DNA of 64,000 bases from Candidatus Aminicenantes bacterium (GCA_963702005.1 OY969696.1:2080001-2144000); one strand, 5' to 3'; positions 37,316 through 47,418 are shown, counted from the stretch's first letter. Notes: generated by a model from the letters alone, not told the origin. Numbers and translations are program-made.

Positions 37316-38792
37316 AAAACGCATCTATTCCAATCTGCCTATTCCGCCAGGGGAATACCTTGCCGAGGTTCTTGCGGCCAAAGGCATGACCCAAGCGGAA
37401 TTGGCCAGGCGTATCGGCCGACCCACCCAAGCGGTTAATGAAATCGTCAAAGGCGTAAAATCCATCACGCACACCACCGCTCTTGAGCTAGAACGCGCCC
37501 TCGGGGTGCCCGCCCATATCTGGACCGGCCTGGAGGATCGTTACCAGCTCATTAGAGCCAGAGAAAAGGAAAAGGCGAGACTCAAGAGCGAGCTGCCCTA
37601 TCTCAAGAGTATCCCCTATAAAAAGCTGGCCGAACTAGGCTGCGTAGCTAAGGAACGAGATAACGAACACAAGATCGGGGAACTTCATCGGTTTTATGGA
37701 GTATCCTCTCTTGATAACCTTGCCCGGATCAAAGCTTATGACGCTCCGTTCAGATACGGCGGGGCGCGAGAGCCGTCCAACTATGCGCTGGCGGCGTGGA
37801 TTCGATGCGCGGAGCTGAAAGCGGCCGAAACTCCCGCCGCTGCCTTCAATAAGGCAAAGCTAAGGAAAGCTTTAAACGATATTCGCACTTTGGCCGGGAA
37901 GGACCCGTCCGAATTCATGCCCGAAATCGAACGGATTCTCGCCGGATGCGGGGTTGTCCTTATCCTGCAACCCCATTTCCCCAAAACATATGCTCACGGG
38001 GCGACGTTTTGGGCGAAACCCGACAAGGCCGTTCTCGTAATGAGCATCCGGGGAAAAGGGGCGGACATATTCTGGTTCAGCTTGTTCCACGAGCTGGGGC
38101 ATATCCTCCTTCACAAGAAAAGAAGCTTTATTGATGACCGCAGAATCTCCGCGGAAACGGCCGACGAGGAAAAGGCGGCGGATACTTTCGCGGCGAAGAT
38201 GTTAAAAAGACAAGGTGAAAGCCATACAAAAAATATCCTTTCGGCTGCCCGAGTTCATAAGGAGGCTCAATTGCGCGCGAAGATCGAGCTTGTCCAGGGC
38301 GATATCACAAAGCTGGCTGTCGACGCCATCGTCAATGCCGCCAACAACTCCCTGCTCGGCGGCGGAGGCGTGGACGGCGCCATCCACCGGGCGGCCGGAC
38401 CGGGTTTGCTCGAAGAGTGCCGCCGGCTCCAAGGCTGCGAAACGGGGGAGGCCAAGATCACGAAGGGCTACGACCTTCCCGCGCGCTACGTCATTCACAC
38501 GGTCGGCCCGGTCTGGAGGGGCGGAGGGAAAGGGGAGGAGGCGCTGCTCCGGGCCGCCTACGAAAATTCCTTGCGCCTGGCCGCGGAGCGCGGCCTGAAG
38601 TCGATCGCCTTTCCCAACATCAGCACCGGGGTCTACGGTTTCCCCAAGGACAGGGCCGCCGCGATCGCCGTCGAGGCGACGTCCGCGTTCCTGCGCGAAT
38701 ATCCGGAAGTCGAGAAGGTCGTCTTCGTGTGTTTCGACCGGGAGAATTTCGAGATCTATCAGAGGCTCCTGGTCGGCATTGAATCCCCTTAA
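37305..38792 (+). CDS. higA: HigA-ImmA antitoxin fused in frame to a Macro (O-acetyl-ADP-ribose deacetylase, YmdB-like) domain
   Basis: First ~300 aa are paralogous to the 31071 gene; then [44 protein letters not shown]. An internal AAGGAGG and in-frame TTG lie at 38271. Confidence 0.88.
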   Translation: MATEKRIYSNLPIPPGEYLAEVLAAKGMTQAELARRIGRPTQAVNEIVKGVKSITHTTALELERALGVPAHIWTGLEDRYQLIRAREKEKARLKSELPYLKSIPYKKLAELGCVAKERDNEHKIGELHRFYGVSSLDNLARIKAYDAPFRYGGAREPSNYALAAWIRCAELKAAETPAAAFNKAKLRKALNDIRTLAGKDPSEFMPEIERILAGCGVVLILQPHFPKTYAHGATFWAKPDKAVLVMSIRGKGADIFWFSLFHELGHILLHKKRSFIDDRRISAETADEEKAADTFAAKMLKRQGESHTKNILSAARVHKEAQLRAKIELVQGDITKLAVDAIVNAANNSLLGGGGVDGAIHRAAGPGLLEECRRLQGCETGEAKITKGYDLPARYVIHTVGPVWRGGGKGEEALLRAAYENSLRLAAERGLKSIAFPNISTGVYGFPKDRAAAIAVEATSAFLREYPEVEKVVFVCFDRENFEIYQRLLVGIESP

Positions 38793-38822
38793 TCGACCTA
38801 TATTCTCAGCTGCCGCGCTAAA

Positions 38823-38921
38823 TTATTTCCTGCCGAGCCGGACGCTGATCAGACGGTTGAGGCTGACTCCTTCTTCGGCGGCTTTCATAGCTAGTTCTCT
38901 ATGGATTTCGGGAGGGATCAT
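38823..38921 (-). pseudogene. HicB-type antitoxin C-terminal (RHH) remnant
   Basis: MIPPEIHRELAMKAAEEGVSLNRLISVRLGRK*, joined directly to a TTGACA-16bp-TATCAT promoter (38947-38920). Confidence 0.7.
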
Positions 38922-39122
38922 GATATCAATAATGATACTATTGTCAAGACCGCTTCTTAATCTTCTCTAATTAAAGGGACGTCTCGGAATGTCTGTCGAG
39001 CTCGTAATCCCGGCTGCAAAGAAGAATTCCCCGCGGCCCGTTCGTCCTCCGGAAAATTGACATAGGCCGTCTTCGTTGATATATATTTCTTAAATAGTCG
39101 TTGCGCGAAGGAGGCGGCGAGA

Positions 39123-40685
39123 ATGAAGGTCAAAGCGATCTTAGTGCTGGCTTTTTCGCTTATTATCTTTTCCCGGTCGTGGGCCCAGCCTTGGGCCCGG
39201 ACATATTCACTGCGGATCGAGGAACCGGCCGCCATCTGCGCGACGGCCGACGGCAAATATGTCTACGCCGCTTCTGTGAGCAAGGCTCTACAAGGGACCC
39301 AGGTGCTTGTCTTCGAGGCCAACGCGTCCGGCCTCGGCGTTTGGGGCAGCACGTTCGACGCCTCCCTGTCCTCGAAGGCCGTCGGCTGCGCTCCGCTCAA
39401 GAACGGCGGCATCCTGGTCTGGGGAGAACGGACGCCCTCGTACGATCGAAGCTATGCCAACAGCACGGACGCCGTACTGTTGGTTCTTTCCAAGACCGGG
39501 AAGATCGCCTCCCAGTGGCAGTACGGGGCGAGCGCTTGGAATACAGAATACACGTTCGGCCAGGTCCATGAGCTCGTCGGCGGCGGGTTTATCGCCTGCG
39601 GGGAGATCTCCCATCTCAACAAGTCGACCACTTGGTATTGCGACCTCAGAAAAGGATGGATCGTCAAGCTCGACGCCGCGGGCAAGATCGTCTTTCAGAA
39701 AGCGATCGAGCTTACGGCCTCCGACGCCTACAAGTACGTTTCGATGACCGATATCGGTCCGACGGCCGACGGCGGGTATCTCGCCGTCGGCTGGTGCTAT
39801 TCGACGCCGGAATGGTCGGCCGCCAACGTCGGCATCCTCCTCGTCAAATTGAGCTCCACCGGAAATATCGTCTGGACGAAGGCCTACGATGGCGGGAAAT
39901 ATACTAACGGGAATACGTTTCTGATCGAATCCCGGAGGCTGTTCGCCGCCAGCGACGGGGGCTGCCTGCTCGTCGGCTCGGACTGGGTCGATTCCTATCC
40001 GTGGTGCGCCAAGCTCGACAAGGACGGCGTCGTGGCCTGGGCGCGCGATTTCGTCGCCAAGAGCGGCGATGACGACATCGAGTTGCGAGACGCCTGTTCG
40101 ACCAAGGACGGGGGCTGCCTGCTGGGCGGCGCCGTCTATCCCTGGTCGGGCGACCGGCTGGGCTGGTTTATCAAGCTCAGCGCAAAGGGCGGCCTCAAAG
40201 TGAACCGGACCTACGAGCTGGGCGGCCGCTACTATAACCATTTTCTGGGGATGACCGAACGCCCGGCGGGCGGCTTCGCGCTAATCGGGCGATCTTACGA
40301 TGATTACGGCAGCCGGGAGTTATGGGCGATGACAGCCCAGACGAATGGACTGACCTGCTCTCCCGTGAAGCCCAGCTCGTTCAAGTCGGTCATGCAGACG
40401 TTCAAGCTCTATGCGAAAACCGGCGCTTTCGAGTTCGGGGCCGGTGGGGCGGTTTTCGGCAAGGGAGTTTTTAAGGCCGCGTCCGTTACGGCCACGGAGC
40501 ACGATTGGTGTGCTTCATCTTCTGGCCCGCGGGCCGAGAGCCTCGCCCCCCTCCGCTGGCTGGACGGGCGCCGTTTTTTGGAGCGGCCCGGGCGGTCGAA
40601 AGACGGGCGGACGATCGGTCCCGATGGAGGGATGTCCCTGGACTCGCTAAGGACGCTGGTGAGGCTCCGGTCTTCGGAGGAATAG
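39123..40685 (+). CDS. Secreted repeat protein, probable beta-propeller
   Basis: Signal peptide; repeated DGG-x-L-x-x-G...KLD-x-x-G-x-x-x-W units. Confidence 0.7.
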   Translation: MKVKAILVLAFSLIIFSRSWAQPWARTYSLRIEEPAAICATADGKYVYAASVSKALQGTQVLVFEANASGLGVWGSTFDASLSSKAVGCAPLKNGGILVWGERTPSYDRSYANSTDAVLLVLSKTGKIASQWQYGASAWNTEYTFGQVHELVGGGFIACGEISHLNKSTTWYCDLRKGWIVKLDAAGKIVFQKAIELTASDAYKYVSMTDIGPTADGGYLAVGWCYSTPEWSAANVGILLVKLSSTGNIVWTKAYDGGKYTNGNTFLIESRRLFAASDGGCLLVGSDWVDSYPWCAKLDKDGVVAWARDFVAKSGDDDIELRDACSTKDGGCLLGGAVYPWSGDRLGWFIKLSAKGGLKVNRTYELGGRYYNHFLGMTERPAGGFALIGRSYDDYGSRELWAMTAQTNGLTCSPVKPSSFKSVMQTFKLYAKTGAFEFGAGGAVFGKGVFKAASVTATEHDWCASSSGPRAESLAPLRWLDGRRFLERPGRSKDGRTIGPDGGMSLDSLRTLVRLRSSEE

Positions 40686-40762
40686 GCGAGAGAGCGGCGA
40701 AAGCCGGTTCTTGAGATCGAGAAAAGGGATAGAATCATGTTGTAATAAAATATAACAAGCTA

Positions 40763-40790
40763 TTGACAAATAATCCAACATCGATATAAT
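40763..40790 (+). promoter_or_regulatory. sigma70-type promoter
   Basis: TTGACA (40763), 16 bp, TATAAT (40785). Confidence 0.65.
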
Positions 40791-40811
40791 AGCGGCTGGA
40801 GGGCAAATTTC

Positions 40812-41600
40812 ATGTCTCATCTGGGCTTGCGAATAAAGAAATACCGTGAGAGCCGAAACTTGAGCCAGGAAGCGTTGGCCAAGCTCCTGGGAGTATCTCG
40901 GCCGACGATGTCGCTTATCGAAACTGGAGATAGAAAAGTCAGCGCCGAGGAGATCAAAATGCTCAGCGGTCTTTTCGGGGTCTCGGTCGAGGCTATGTTC
41001 GACGAGAAACGGGAACCCCGGCTTGTCGTCAAAGAGACAAGCGCGGAGTACAAGAAAAGCGAACCGGCAATACGGATCGATATTCCGCTGAAAAACCTCG
41101 AGAAATTCAAGGAAGTCCTTCTCTACATCATCGCGAAAGTCGGGGCCAAGCCGAATGTCGGCGAGACCGTGATTTATAAGCTGTTGTATTTCATCGATTT
41201 TGACCATTACGAACGATACGAAGAACAATTGATCGGCGCCACCTACAAGAAAAACAAATATGGGCCGACGCCCCTGGAATTCTGCAAGGTCGTCGAAAAA
41301 ATGATTGAGGCCGGCGAGATCCTGAAAATCCCCGATAAGTACTTCAATTATCCTCAGACGAAATATCTCCCGCTTCGAAATCCGGACCTGTCTCGGCTGA
41401 GCGCTCCGGAGAAAGTCGTCATCGATCATGTCCTTGACCGGCTTTCCGACATGAACGCCGGCCAAATCAGCGAGTATTCCCACAACGATGTCCCCTGGCT
41501 GACCACCGATGAGGGCGAGATCATTCCTTACGAGTCTGTTTTTTATCGTACGCCCGCGTATTCGATGAGGAAGGATGACGCCGAAGACGACGTTCCGTGA
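40812..41600 (+). CDS. XRE-HTH + DUF4065 (Panacea/SocA-like) antitoxin
   Basis: LSQEALAKLLGVSRPTMSLIETGDRK HTH; KLLYFIDF...YGPTP...ISEYSHNDVPW. Confidence 0.85.
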   Translation: MSHLGLRIKKYRESRNLSQEALAKLLGVSRPTMSLIETGDRKVSAEEIKMLSGLFGVSVEAMFDEKREPRLVVKETSAEYKKSEPAIRIDIPLKNLEKFKEVLLYIIAKVGAKPNVGETVIYKLLYFIDFDHYERYEEQLIGATYKKNKYGPTPLEFCKVVEKMIEAGEILKIPDKYFNYPQTKYLPLRNPDLSRLSAPEKVVIDHVLDRLSDMNAGQISEYSHNDVPWLTTDEGEIIPYESVFYRTPAYSMRKDDAEDDVP

Positions 41601-41970
41601 GGTCGCGCGCCTGCCTGAGTTCGAGCGCGACCTAAAAAGCCTGCTCAAGCGGTTTCGGACGATCGAGGAAGACCTGTCAACTCTCCTAAGGGCGCAAATC
41701 GTCCTTTTTCATAAATTGGGGGTCGATAACAAGGGCGTTTTACGGATCCCAGGCTTGCCTTTCAGTGAACCCGGAATTTATAAGGTCAAGAAATTCGCCT
41801 GCCGGGCGCTTAAGGGGCGCGGGGCTAATTCAGGATTGCGGCTCATATACGCGTACTTTGAGGGGGCGGACAGGATCGAGCTTGTGGAGATTTATTTCAA
41901 AGGCGACCAAGAGCGGGAAGACAAAAGCAGGATATTAAAAAAATATGAGAAAATGAGCGGTCGCGGTTGA
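41575..41970 (+). CDS. RelE/ParE-like toxin
   Basis: EFERDLKSLLKRFRTIEEDL...IYKVK...KGRGANSGLRLIYAY...VEIYFKGD. Confidence 0.75.
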   Translation: MTPKTTFREVARLPEFERDLKSLLKRFRTIEEDLSTLLRAQIVLFHKLGVDNKGVLRIPGLPFSEPGIYKVKKFACRALKGRGANSGLRLIYAYFEGADRIELVEIYFKGDQEREDKSRILKKYEKMSGRG

Positions 41971-42039
41971 CCCGTTCGCCGACGCCACCCAACCCTGAAA
42001 AGCGGGGCTTAAAATCGGAGCCCCCCTTACAAGGGGGGG
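41967..42039. repeat. Palindromic element family C, degenerate second copy
   Basis: Same 21-nt leader TTGACCCGTTCGCCGACGCCA (supplies the toxin TGA), then hairpin CCCCCCTTACAAGGGGGG. Confidence 0.6.
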
Positions 42040-42179
42040 ACAAGAAGCGACACTTTATAGCCGGCCAACTAAATTCCATAATGGGCCTCAAAATGGACTT
42101 GTTATACACAGAATGATTTTTAGGTCAAGAGAATTTTGACATTCTCCAGCCTCTATGTTATTTATTTTCAAGCGATCCC

Positions 42180-43673
42180 ATGCGCGTCAAAGAAACGACC
42201 TCGCTCGAAGTCACGGTCGACAAGCGGCACATCATCTCGATCGGGGAGCGGCTCTACGCCGAGAGCGTCGAGCTCCTCCGTGAGCTCGTCAACAACGCCT
42301 ACGACGCCGACGCAACCAAGGTCCGGGTCGAAATCGCGCCCGATCGCGTCACCGTCCGGGACAACGGCGCCGGAATGGACGCCGAGGGACTGAAGCAGTA
42401 TTTCCGGATCGGATCGGACGAGAAGGTCGTCCGGCCGGTCTCGCCCCGCTTCGGCCGCGACCGCGTCGGCCAGTTCGGGATCGGGAAATTCGCCTCGCTC
42501 GCCGCGGCCATGGCGTTTGAGATCGTCACTCGGCGGGGGGATTTCGCCGCCCGGGTCGTCTTCGATAAACGGCAATGGGAGTCCTCGCTTTCCGCCTGGC
42601 GCCTGCCCTGCGAGATTCTCCAGCCAGACGCCGCCGCCGGCGACGGCACGATCGTCATCCTCTCCGAACTCACTAAGCCGTTCGACCTGGCCGAGGCCGA
42701 GGAGACGATCAAGGACGGCGTCCCCCTCAAAGCTCCGAATTTCGCCGTCTTCCTCAACGGCAAACCCGTCCTGCCGCGGACCTATTCCGGACAGCGCCTG
42801 CCGGTCCTAGAAGGCTGCTCCTACGGCGCCGTCGCCGGAGAGATCGTCATCATCCCCCAGAGCGCCGCCACGACCAAGGACCTTGGCATCGACGTCAAGG
42901 TCAAGGGCGTCACCGTCAAAAAGGAGCTTTTCGGGATGGAGACCTGGGGGCCGGCGATGGCCCGGGTCAAGGGCGAGATCAACGCGAACTTTCTGCCTAT
43001 CACCTCCGACCGCTCGAACTTCGTGACCGACTCCGACGAATACCGGCAGTTCCTCAAGGTCATGGAAAACGTCGTCGCGTTGATCGAGAAAAAACTGGGC
43101 AAGGACGCCGACCGCCGGGAGGACCGGCGCGCCGGACGGGCCGTTAAGGAAGCCCTGCTGAGGATTCATCGGGCCCTGGCGCTCAACCCGGATTTTTCGC
43201 CCTTCGGCCCCATCCCCTACGGGGATGAAAAGGGCGTCGGAGGCGCGGCCGCGGAAGGAAAGCCGGCGGCTTCGGGAGAAGAGGTTCCATCCGGGGAAGG
43301 AGGACCTCAGGCCCAGGCGCTGAAGCCCAAGCCGAAAAAGAAGCGGAATCCCCTCGTCAAGAAAATCACGCCAAATGCCATTGTCCGGAGGATCAAGCTC
43401 GGCCAGAGCGCCGTCTCGGTCTGCATGGATTTCTTCGGCGAGATGAGCCCGGAGTGTTTTGCCGAGGGGAACGTCGTGTACATCAACCGGGACCATCCTC
43501 TCTTCAAACGGGAGTCCCGTAAATCCGCCTCGTTCACGATGTATATCGCCCGCTTGATGACCCAGGAAATCGCCCTGATGAAGGAGACAAAGAGTCCGCG
43601 CCTTGCGTTCACGAGGCAGAGCAAGCTCCTCAAAGACGCTTTTGCCGAGGATCTCGCGGACAAGCCCGAATGA
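42180..43673 (+). CDS. GHKL (HATPase_c_3/MORC-like) ATPase
   Basis: LRELVNNAYDADAT, DNGAGM, GQFGIGKFA, GTIV, TSDRSNF, YINRDHPLF. Confidence 0.85.
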   Translation: MRVKETTSLEVTVDKRHIISIGERLYAESVELLRELVNNAYDADATKVRVEIAPDRVTVRDNGAGMDAEGLKQYFRIGSDEKVVRPVSPRFGRDRVGQFGIGKFASLAAAMAFEIVTRRGDFAARVVFDKRQWESSLSAWRLPCEILQPDAAAGDGTIVILSELTKPFDLAEAEETIKDGVPLKAPNFAVFLNGKPVLPRTYSGQRLPVLEGCSYGAVAGEIVIIPQSAATTKDLGIDVKVKGVTVKKELFGMETWGPAMARVKGEINANFLPITSDRSNFVTDSDEYRQFLKVMENVVALIEKKLGKDADRREDRRAGRAVKEALLRIHRALALNPDFSPFGPIPYGDEKGVGGAAAEGKPAASGEEVPSGEGGPQAQALKPKPKKKRNPLVKKITPNAIVRRIKLGQSAVSVCMDFFGEMSPECFAEGNVVYINRDHPLFKRESRKSASFTMYIARLMTQEIALMKETKSPRLAFTRQSKLLKDAFAEDLADKPE

Positions 43674-43721
43674 CGACACTCCGGGGAACTTCGAAATTTT
43701 CATGGCCACGATGCGCCCTCC
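43668..43721 (+). repeat. 54-bp copy of the 3' end of the downstream BNR gene
   Basis: 48 of 54 nt identical to 44836-44889; encodes NDDTPGNFEIFMATMRPP. Confidence 0.9.
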
Positions 43722-43756
43722 AAAGGAGACTTCGGGGGAGAGGCAGAGGAGGTCCC

Positions 43757-44899
43757 TTGACAAGACGGACGAAATCTCTTGCGTCGATCGCCTTGCTGTT
43801 GATCGTATTGGTCCCGCTGCGGGCCGCCTGGACGACCCAGCGCCTCACGAACGATTCGGGGGCGTCTTTTGAGCCGGCGATCGCGATTAACGGGTCGGAC
43901 ATCTACGTCGTCTGGTCTAATGAGACTCCGGGGAGACGCGATATTTACTTTAAGAAATCCTCGAGCGGCGCCGCGACCTGGCAAAGTACTCATCGGCTCA
44001 CGGAGAATTCCCTCAACTCCCGGAATCCCAAGATCGCGGTCAACGGCTCAAGCGTCTATGTTGTCTGGGAAGATCACGCCCAAGGGCATGAGGGGATCTA
44101 TTTCCGGAGGTCCTTGAACGGGGGGGCGACCTGGCAGAATGCGCGGCGGATCGCTCTCTCTCTGGGGTTTGCCTGGAGCCCGGCCATCGCGGTCAGCGGC
44201 TCAAATATCTATGTCGCCTGGAACGACATTGCTCCGGAAAATTATGAGATCTATTTCCGGAAATCCGCCGACGGCGGCGGGACCTGGCAAAGCGTGCAGC
44301 GGCTGACGAATAATTCGGGATCCTCGGATAATCCCGCCCTGGCCGTCAGCGGCTCGAATGTCTATATCGTCTGGAAGGACAACACCGGGCGCGAGCATGA
44401 GGCGATCTATTTCCGGAAGTCGCCGAACGGCGGCGCCACCTGGCAAAGCGCGCATCGTTTCGAGGAGGATTCGGGAACATCCCTGCATCCGGCGATCGCG
44501 GCCGGCGGCTCGAACGTCTATGTGGCCTGGCATCATTATGTGACCGAAAATTCGGAGATCTATTTCACCAGGTCTACCGACCGGGGCGCGACCTGGCAAA
44601 GCATCCAACGGCTTACGAAGAATTCGGGAGCCTCCGGAGCGGCGGAGCTGGCGGTCAGCGGCTCGAATATCTATATCACCTGGTTCGATGACACCCCGGG
44701 AAACTACGAGATCTATTTCAGAAAGTCATTCGACGGCGGCGCGACCTGGGCGGGCGCGCAGCGGCTTACAAAGAATTCCGGGAAATCCCAGATCCCGGCC
44801 ATCGCGGCCGATGAGTCGAACGTTTATGTCGTCTGGAATGACGATACTCCGGGGAATTTTGAAATTTTCTTAGCCACAATGCGCCCTCCGATATATTAG
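43757..44899 (+). CDS. Secreted BNR/Asp-box (sialidase-like) beta-propeller, about 7 repeats of 51 aa
   Basis: GGAGG RBS with TTG 43757; signal peptide; repeats of IYFRKSxDGGxTW...RLTxNSGxS. Confidence 0.85.
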   Translation: MTRRTKSLASIALLLIVLVPLRAAWTTQRLTNDSGASFEPAIAINGSDIYVVWSNETPGRRDIYFKKSSSGAATWQSTHRLTENSLNSRNPKIAVNGSSVYVVWEDHAQGHEGIYFRRSLNGGATWQNARRIALSLGFAWSPAIAVSGSNIYVAWNDIAPENYEIYFRKSADGGGTWQSVQRLTNNSGSSDNPALAVSGSNVYIVWKDNTGREHEAIYFRKSPNGGATWQSAHRFEEDSGTSLHPAIAAGGSNVYVAWHHYVTENSEIYFTRSTDRGATWQSIQRLTKNSGASGAAELAVSGSNIYITWFDDTPGNYEIYFRKSFDGGATWAGAQRLTKNSGKSQIPAIAADESNVYVVWNDDTPGNFEIFLATMRPPIY

Positions 44900-44924
44900 G
44901 CAGTTAGCAATCCCGGCAAATTAA

Positions 44925-45011
44925 GAAGAAGCCTACACGGCCCTGGACAGGCTGAACGACAAGAACGCCAAGCACCTGACCACCGAAGAGCTGGAGAAAG
45001 AGCTCGGCCGC
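44925..45011 (+). pseudogene. C-terminal remnant of a RelB/DUF6290-like antitoxin
   Basis: EEAYTALDRLNDKNAKHLTTEELEKELG; no start codon, in-frame TAA immediately upstream. Confidence 0.5.
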
Positions 45012-45108
45012 TTAACGGTCCTCCGCGGTAAGCAAAGGAAAGACGCGTTTAGCTAGAAAGAAATTTCGACCTCTCCGAAGGCGAGGGATTGCGGCCGGGC
45101 TTATGCCC

Positions 45109-47220
45109 CTAACGGCTGATCTTGAAGATGCTTCCGCCGAGAAGCGCGGCATAGATCGACTTGCCCGACGCGTCGGCGTCGAGGCACTGGATATATTTGA
45201 CCATCATCCCTTCGCTGGAATCCTTCCAGGTCTTGCCGCCGTCCTGGCTGATGTAAAGCCCGGAGACTCCCCCGGCGTAAACGAATTTCGGCGCGCTGGG
45301 AACGATCCGAACGCCCCGGATATCCCCGGTCAGGACGCGCGTCCAGGTCGCCCCGCCGTCCTCGCTTTTAAAAATGCCGGCATCGGACGCCGCCAGAATC
45401 CTGCTGGGGGCGTGGGGATCGAACTCCGCGTCGTAAAGGATCGTGCCCTGGATCGCGCCGGTGATGTCCGTCCAGGTGCCCCCGTCGTCTGCGCTTTTTA
45501 GCAGAACGGCGCGATCACCCCCGGTGTCTGGACCCCCGAAGCGCAGTTCGTTTGATCGCGCGAATCCGGAAGCCTTGCTGGTCCGTCCTCCGATGAGCAG
45601 GGTCTGCTCATCTCCGGGTTTCGCCGCGATATCCATGCCCCGGCCCGAGTAATTGAGGGGGCGCGATGAGGTCCAGGATTTTCCTCCGTCCGAAGACTTG
45701 AAGAAGCCGATTCCCTGGGCGTCGGCGGAGTAGCCGGTTCCGTAGATGTCGCGGGCCGATTTCCGGCTGAAGGCAAGACGCCACACTCCGTTATAGGTCA
45801 CCCGCTCCATCGTCGATCCGCCGTCGCGGGATATGTAGAGTCCCGAATATCCGCATTGCCCGAGACCGACGAAAATCGTATCCGCGATATCCGGGTGCGC
45901 AATCACCGCGATGACGGTTCCAACGTCCTTGAACCTGAGCATCGGCGCCCACTTTTTCAGCCAGGTTGCACCGCCGTCGGCCGATCGGAACAGCCCGACG
46001 TGGGAGAAGCCGGCGTAGAGGACGTGAGAGGAAGAGGAAACGACGGCGGTCGCGGAGGCGGGACGAGCGCCCGACGAGGGCGCCGGGCCGACGCAGAGCG
46101 TCGTGACGTCGGCGGCATAGAGGCCTTTATAGACGGCTTTCCATGACTGGCCTTTATTGGCGCTCTTGTAGAGGCCGGTGAACGATCCCGCCAGGACCCA
46201 GCCGGGTTCGGGGAGGATATCGTAGACTTTCCGGACGAGATCCGACACCTTGGCCCAATGGCTTCCACCGTCCAGGCTTCGGAAGAAGACGCCGTCCGCT
46301 GAAGCATAAAGGATGGAAGGATTAGCGGGATCGATGGCCAAAGCCGATAGGAACTGGTTGACGGTCAGGAAGGACTTGAGCGGACTCTCCGTCCAACTCT
46401 TCCCGCCGTTCGCGCTCCGCCAGATCGACTTGTAGGCCGCGTAAAAGACGCGGTCGGGATTTCCGGGATCGACCGCGATTCCGGCCGGGTCATAGTCGCA
46501 TCCGGTGTGGTGGGGATAGATATCCTTCCAGTTTTTACACTCATCGTCGCTTCGCCAAAGTCGATAGAAGAAGTTTGTTTCCGTGCCCCAGTAGCCGGCG
46601 ATATAGAAGACGGCCGGGCGGCTCTTGGCCATGGCGAGATGGGTCAGCGAGCCGCAGAGGGCGCTGGGGATCTTGGCCGTCATCGTCCAGGTCTTTCCGC
46701 CGTTATGGGATTGAAAAATGGCCGGGCAGAGGGCACGCCAGTCCGCCGGATTGGTCTGGTAGTATCCGGAGACGAAAAGATTGTCGGCGTCCTGGGGATG
46801 GACGGCGATTTGACCCTTGCTCCATCTCCGCGAGCCGAACCGGCAGTCCTTCCAGGTCGCTCCCCGGTCGGCGGATTTGAAAACGCCCTTGCTCCCCAGC
46901 ACATAAATCCTGTTGGGGTCGGAGGGGGCCACCGCGACGTCGAACAGCGTGTCCTCGAAAGCGGCCAGACTCGTCCAGCTCGCGCCCGCATCCTTGGAGC
47001 GGAAGACCTGACCCCGGTTCCAGCTCACGGCGAAAATTTCCTTCGAATCCGCCGGGCTGACGGCCAGGCCGTGGATCTCGCCTCCGGTCGGGCCGATGAT
47101 CGTCCGCGTTTCCGCGGGCGGGGGAGAGGTGGGCGAAGCCGGGTCGGCGGGATGGAGGGCCGGAGCGGCGAAGCTCAGACAGACTCCCAAACCGAAAAGC
47201 ACGAGCGGTTTCTTTGTCAT
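45109..47220 (-). CDS. Secreted BNR-repeat (VPS10/YCF48-like) double beta-propeller
   Basis: Signal peptide; more than ten S-x-D-G-G-x-T/S-W Asp boxes. Confidence 0.85.
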   Translation of the reverse strand: MTKKPLVLFGLGVCLSFAAPALHPADPASPTSPPPAETRTIIGPTGGEIHGLAVSPADSKEIFAVSWNRGQVFRSKDAGASWTSLAAFEDTLFDVAVAPSDPNRIYVLGSKGVFKSADRGATWKDCRFGSRRWSKGQIAVHPQDADNLFVSGYYQTNPADWRALCPAIFQSHNGGKTWTMTAKIPSALCGSLTHLAMAKSRPAVFYIAGYWGTETNFFYRLWRSDDECKNWKDIYPHHTGCDYDPAGIAVDPGNPDRVFYAAYKSIWRSANGGKSWTESPLKSFLTVNQFLSALAIDPANPSILYASADGVFFRSLDGGSHWAKVSDLVRKVYDILPEPGWVLAGSFTGLYKSANKGQSWKAVYKGLYAADVTTLCVGPAPSSGARPASATAVVSSSSHVLYAGFSHVGLFRSADGGATWLKKWAPMLRFKDVGTVIAVIAHPDIADTIFVGLGQCGYSGLYISRDGGSTMERVTYNGVWRLAFSRKSARDIYGTGYSADAQGIGFFKSSDGGKSWTSSRPLNYSGRGMDIAAKPGDEQTLLIGGRTSKASGFARSNELRFGGPDTGGDRAVLLKSADDGGTWTDITGAIQGTILYDAEFDPHAPSRILAASDAGIFKSEDGGATWTRVLTGDIRGVRIVPSAPKFVYAGGVSGLYISQDGGKTWKDSSEGMMVKYIQCLDADASGKSIYAALLGGSIFKISR

Positions 47221-47418
47221 GGGCGTATCCCCTCCGCGTGGAATACCGATATCTTCCCTATTCTTATCAAATCGGACCGAAACGAGTCAAGAGTGTTGCG
47301 GAGCGGGATCATTGACCGGGGATCCGGGCGTTGACGGAGAGGGACGGCGGTTGCCCCTGCGCCTGATACGGCGTATACTTTTTTCTCTCCGGAACGATTG
47401 AAGTCGCGAGGGACCGCC

